Positions 29,599-32,000 of a DNA stretch of 32,000 bases are shown in pieces; the stretch's first letter is position 1; each line of letters starts with the position of its first letter. The stretch is from Geobacter sulfurreducens PCA. GTDB taxonomy: Bacteria > Desulfobacterota > Desulfuromonadia > Geobacterales > Geobacteraceae. The notes beneath the pieces are model-generated. The model worked only from the letters and a program-made list of their open reading frames with translations, was not told the DNA's origin and searched no databases. The stretch lies in the NCBI RefSeq assembly GCF_000007985.2, contig NC_002939.5:1740001-1772000 (forward strand), read 5' to 3'. The position numbers and the translations under genes are program-made.

Positions 29599-30828
29599 TT
29601 ATTTTACTTTTACGTCACGTATGCCAGCGGGTCTCCAGGCAGGGGCGATAACGTGCGAGCAGTTGTCTTGTCCCAGCAAGGTGCCAAAGGTGATGGTGGT
29701 TTCTCCGAACCGGTCATTGACTTGATCCATGGCTTGCGAGAGGGTTGTGAGCCGCCGTTCTTCCGGGAAGAGGGGGAGCTGTTCCGAGGCATGTACAAGG
29801 TTGCTGATGGCAACGCCCAGGAGTCGTATTGGTTGCGTTAATTGGAGTGTGTCGAGCAGTGCAGTGACGGCTCGATAAATGTCGCCGCTTCGATTCAATG
29901 GGGAGGGGAGGGTTTCCTGGCGGCTGAACGTGGTGAAATCGGCATACCGTATTGTTAGGGTAACTGTTTTCCCTTTGGTTTTGTAGCGGCGCGCGCGGCG
30001 TCCTACCATCTCCGATAACATAAGCAGGTACTTATGTATGTCGTCCTTGTTGGTGAGGTCGTGGTCCAGGGTTGTACTGTGGCTGACGCTTTTAACTTCT
30101 TCTTCCGTTGTGGTCGGTATTACGGGAGAGTCGTCAATGCCCTGTCCCATCTGTTTGAGTCGTGCTCCCATGGCACCGAAATGTCGGGTAAGTATCTTGG
30201 AGCTGAAGTGTCCCAGATCGTTACAGGTTGAAATGCCGAGGTATTTCAGTCGTTGTTCAGTGGATGGGCCTATTCCGCAGAGGCTGCGGATCGGGGTCGT
30301 TTTCATGAGTGAAGCCACGTTTTCGGGGGGGATGATGGTGAGACCATCGGGCTTTTGCATGTCCGAGGCCAGCTTTGCCAAAAGCTTGTTGGGAGCGATG
30401 CCGATGGAGCAGGTGAGGCCGAATCGGTCCCTTATGCGGGCTTTGATCTCGCGGGCAATCACGTCGGCGCGGCCGAAAAGTCGAAGCGAACCGGTCAAGT
30501 CGAGAAAGGCTTCGTCAATGGAAAAGACTTCCACAAGGGGGGTGAATTGCCCGAGCATTTCGAAGATCAGTTTTGAAATACGGGTGTATTCCCGGTTGTT
30601 GCCGATAACGAGGATCAATTCCGGGCAGAGCCGTTTTGCTTCGTGGGTTGTCATGCCCGTGCCGACCCCGTGGGCGCGTGCCTCGTAGGATGCGGTAGTG
30701 ATGATGGTGCGCGCGCCTGACCCGATGACCGCAACTGGCTTTCCTTGGAGGGATGGGTCTGCTTGTTGCTCAACCGAGGCAAAAAAGGCGTTCATGTCCA
30801 GATGGAGAATGGTTCGATGATTGCTCAT
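29599..30828 (-). CDS. dinB: DNA polymerase IV (Y-family)
   Basis: ILHLDMNAFFASVEQ, FSIDEAFLDLT (catalytic D/E), LCGIGPSTEQRL (HhH), and the beta-clamp-type motif QLPLF. It lies 49 nt downstream of lexA on the same strand. Confidence 0.92.
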   Translation of the reverse strand: MSNHRTILHLDMNAFFASVEQQADPSLQGKPVAVIGSGARTIITTASYEARAHGVGTGMTTHEAKRLCPELILVIGNNREYTRISKLIFEMLGQFTPLVEVFSIDEAFLDLTGSLRLFGRADVIAREIKARIRDRFGLTCSIGIAPNKLLAKLASDMQKPDGLTIIPPENVASLMKTTPIRSLCGIGPSTEQRLKYLGISTCNDLGHFSSKILTRHFGAMGARLKQMGQGIDDSPVIPTTTEEEVKSVSHSTTLDHDLTNKDDIHKYLLMLSEMVGRRARRYKTKGKTVTLTIRYADFTTFSRQETLPSPLNRSGDIYRAVTALLDTLQLTQPIRLLGVAISNLVHASEQLPLFPEERRLTTLSQAMDQVNDRFGETTITFGTLLGQDNCSHVIAPAWRPAGIRDVKVK

Positions 30829-30877
30829 GCTTGAGTGCCAGTATATTTACTTACCTGTGTACTGAGGAGTTTGTGTG

Positions 30878-31489
30878 TTAATCCATACGCCGGTAAATAC
30901 CCACAACTTTGCCGATTATCCATGCCTCCTGTACCCCGCTCCGAACTATGATGGGGGCCATATTGGGATTTTCGGGCTGAAGCCGGATATGGTCCGCTCC
31001 TTGGTAGAAACGTTTGAGTGTTGCTTCGCCGTCGATCATGGCTACCACGATGTCGCGGTTTTCCGCTGTTTGCTGGGGGCGGACCAGGGCCAGGTCCCCT
31101 TCGATGATCGCGGCGTTGATCATGGAGTCACCCTTGACTCTGAGAAAAAAGGCACCTCCTTTGACCAGGGATTGATCAATCGATATGTGCTCCTCGATTT
31201 CCTCTGTGGCGATCTGGGGAACCCCGGCCCGCACGACTCCGATCACGGGTAACGAAACGGTAGGGGTGTGCCGTGTCTGCCCAGTCAGAGTTATGCCGCG
31301 CGAGTTCCCCGGTTCCCGCTGGAGATAGCCTTTCCGGGCAAGAGCCTCAAGGTGTTTTGCAACGCCCAGTGTGCCGTTCACGTTCAGGTGGCGGGCTATT
31401 TCCCGCATGGTAGGAGGATAGCCGTGGCGATCCACGTGGGCGGTTATGAACTCAAGCACCGTGCGCTGGCGAGAGGTAAGTGTTTCCAT
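30878..31489 (-). CDS. lexA: LexA repressor
   Basis: LTSRQRTVLEFI...GYPPTMREIA wHTH, Ala-Gly cleavage region VVRAGVP, and S24 peptidase motifs VKGDSM and EATLKRF. ATG 31489 lies 8 nt after AAGGAAG. The in-frame ATG at 31516 lies inside the LexA box and is disfavoured. Confidence 0.9.
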   Translation of the reverse strand: METLTSRQRTVLEFITAHVDRHGYPPTMREIARHLNVNGTLGVAKHLEALARKGYLQREPGNSRGITLTGQTRHTPTVSLPVIGVVRAGVPQIATEEIEEHISIDQSLVKGGAFFLRVKGDSMINAAIIEGDLALVRPQQTAENRDIVVAMIDGEATLKRFYQGADHIRLQPENPNMAPIIVRSGVQEAWIIGKVVGIYRRMD

Positions 31490-31507
31490 GGGGACGGCTT
31501 CCTTATT

Positions 31508-31525
31508 GGTTGACATATGTCAACC
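31508..31525. promoter_or_regulatory. Geobacter-type LexA box (SOS operator)
   Basis: GGTTGACATATGTCAACC is a perfect 18-bp palindrome fitting GGTT-N2-C-N4-G-N3-ACC. It sits 19 nt upstream of the lexA ATG. Confidence 0.8.
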
Positions 31526-31551
31526 TATCATGGGAAAAACAAAGGTGTCAA
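31522..31551 (-). promoter_or_regulatory. candidate lexA-dinB promoter overlapped by the LexA box
   Basis: The minus strand reads TTGACA (31551-31546), 18-nt spacer, TAGGTT (31527-31522), with TG two nt upstream (extended -10-like). The -10 shares GGTT with the operator. Confidence 0.5.
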
Positions 31552-31653
31552 GGGTGTGAAACAGTGAGCGGGAATTGCTGTCAGGCTACGGGTCAGGGGG
31601 AATAAGGATAGAGTGTGGTGGCGTGAATAGGGAGAAGCTGTGCGGGGGGGCAT

Positions 31654-31686
31654 CCCCCCGTGCGCACGGATTCAACGCACGGGGGG
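31654..31686 (-). terminator. GC-rich hairpin downstream of the CheX-like gene (terminator-like, no U-tract)
   Basis: CCCCCCGTGCG (31654-31664) and CGCACGGGGGG (31676-31686) form a perfect 11-bp inverted repeat with an 11-nt loop. Confidence 0.4.
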
Positions 31687-31696
31687 TAACGATCGG

Positions 31697-32000
31697 TTAT
31701 TCCTTGATAAAGACTGCCAGCTCGACGTGATCCCCCTCGGCCAGGCATGCAGGGAAGCACAGGCAAAGGTGATCGGGCGGCGGAACGATACCGGCGGATG
31801 CCTCAACGATCCTGGGAGGTGCGATTTCGATTGATTTGCCGAGTTGAGCCGCCTTGGCGGCTATGTTACCACATACCACGTTGATGAATTCCATCACCGT
31901 GTCGTCCAGAACCTCCTTGGGCTCTTCGTCCACATTGGCTTCCTTGAGGATTGCCCTGGCGATTCTGGCCTGGGCGTCCGTCGACACTCCCATGAGGTAG
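31697..32000 (-). CDS. CheX/CheC-family chemotaxis phosphatase-like protein, probably 5'-truncated by the window end
   Basis: DDTVMEFINVVCGNIAAKAAQLGKSIEIAPP approximates the CheC/CheX/FliY motif D-x3-E-x2-N-x(about 22)-P. The 98 aa visible are shorter than the roughly 150 aa usual for the family, and the frame may stay open past 31993. Confidence 0.55.
   Translation of the reverse strand, partial: YLMGVSTDAQARIARAILKEANVDEEPKEVLDDTVMEFINVVCGNIAAKAAQLGKSIEIAPPRIVEASAGIVPPPDHLCLCFPACLAEGDHVELAVFIKE

Noticed and set aside
30829-30877. TGGCAC on the minus strand just upstream of the dinB ATG, resembling a sigma54 -24 element, and a CAGTA...TACTG inverted repeat resembling an E. coli SOS box.
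   Set aside because: The required GC of the -12 element (TTGC) is absent at the correct spacing: the sequence reads TGGCAC-TCAAG-CATG. The site would also overlap the start codon. The repeat does not fit CTGT-N8-ACAG, and Geobacter LexA recognises a different motif.
29528-30880. Near-identical short words (TGTGTGTAA at 29529-29537 and TGTGTGTTAA at 30872-30880) flanking dinB, suggesting a target-site duplication or mobile cassette.
   Set aside because: Only 8-9 nt match, which is plausible by chance within two AT-rich, roughly 100-nt spacers. The right copy includes the lexA stop codon. There is no transposase, integrase or terminal inverted repeats.

Overview
This is a gene-dense, roughly 60% GC chromosomal core segment. 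The gene order, plus an exact match to the Geobacter-type LexA operator, suggests a Geobacter genome similar to G. sulfurreducens; that assignment is inference only.

Plus strand, in order:
- A translation and RNA-processing cluster: 5'-truncated ylxR/L7Ae-like ORF, infB, rbfA, DHH phosphoesterase, truB, rpsO, pnp, M16 peptidase, dut, yciO-like gene and a small membrane protein.
- After a terminator and promoter, the lipid cluster: yceD, rpmF, plsX, fabH, fabD, fabG, acpP, fabF and rpiB.
- glyA.
- An uncharacterised exported protein.
- A TolC / adaptor / RND efflux operon, with gpmA translationally coupled to its last gene.

Minus strand, read right to left:
- A partial CheX-like gene.
- The autoregulated lexA-dinB SOS operon, with a perfect palindromic LexA box.
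- A thioredoxin-fused DsbD/CcdA-like membrane protein.
- A CoA-binding protein.
- A MutY-like HhH-GPD glycosylase with no Fe-S cysteines and no NUDIX domain.

I found no rRNA, tRNA, CRISPR array, IS element, integrase or phage genes. I see no compelling evidence for a wholly new multi-gene system. The most unusual items are:
- the atypical glycosylase;
- the co-directional string downstream of lexA-dinB;
- the Trx-DsbD-like fusion;
- the gpmA-RND coupling;
- the orphan exported protein;
- a long imperfect hairpin in the pnp leader.

All calls come from reading the sequence and ORF translations by eye. No database search was run.
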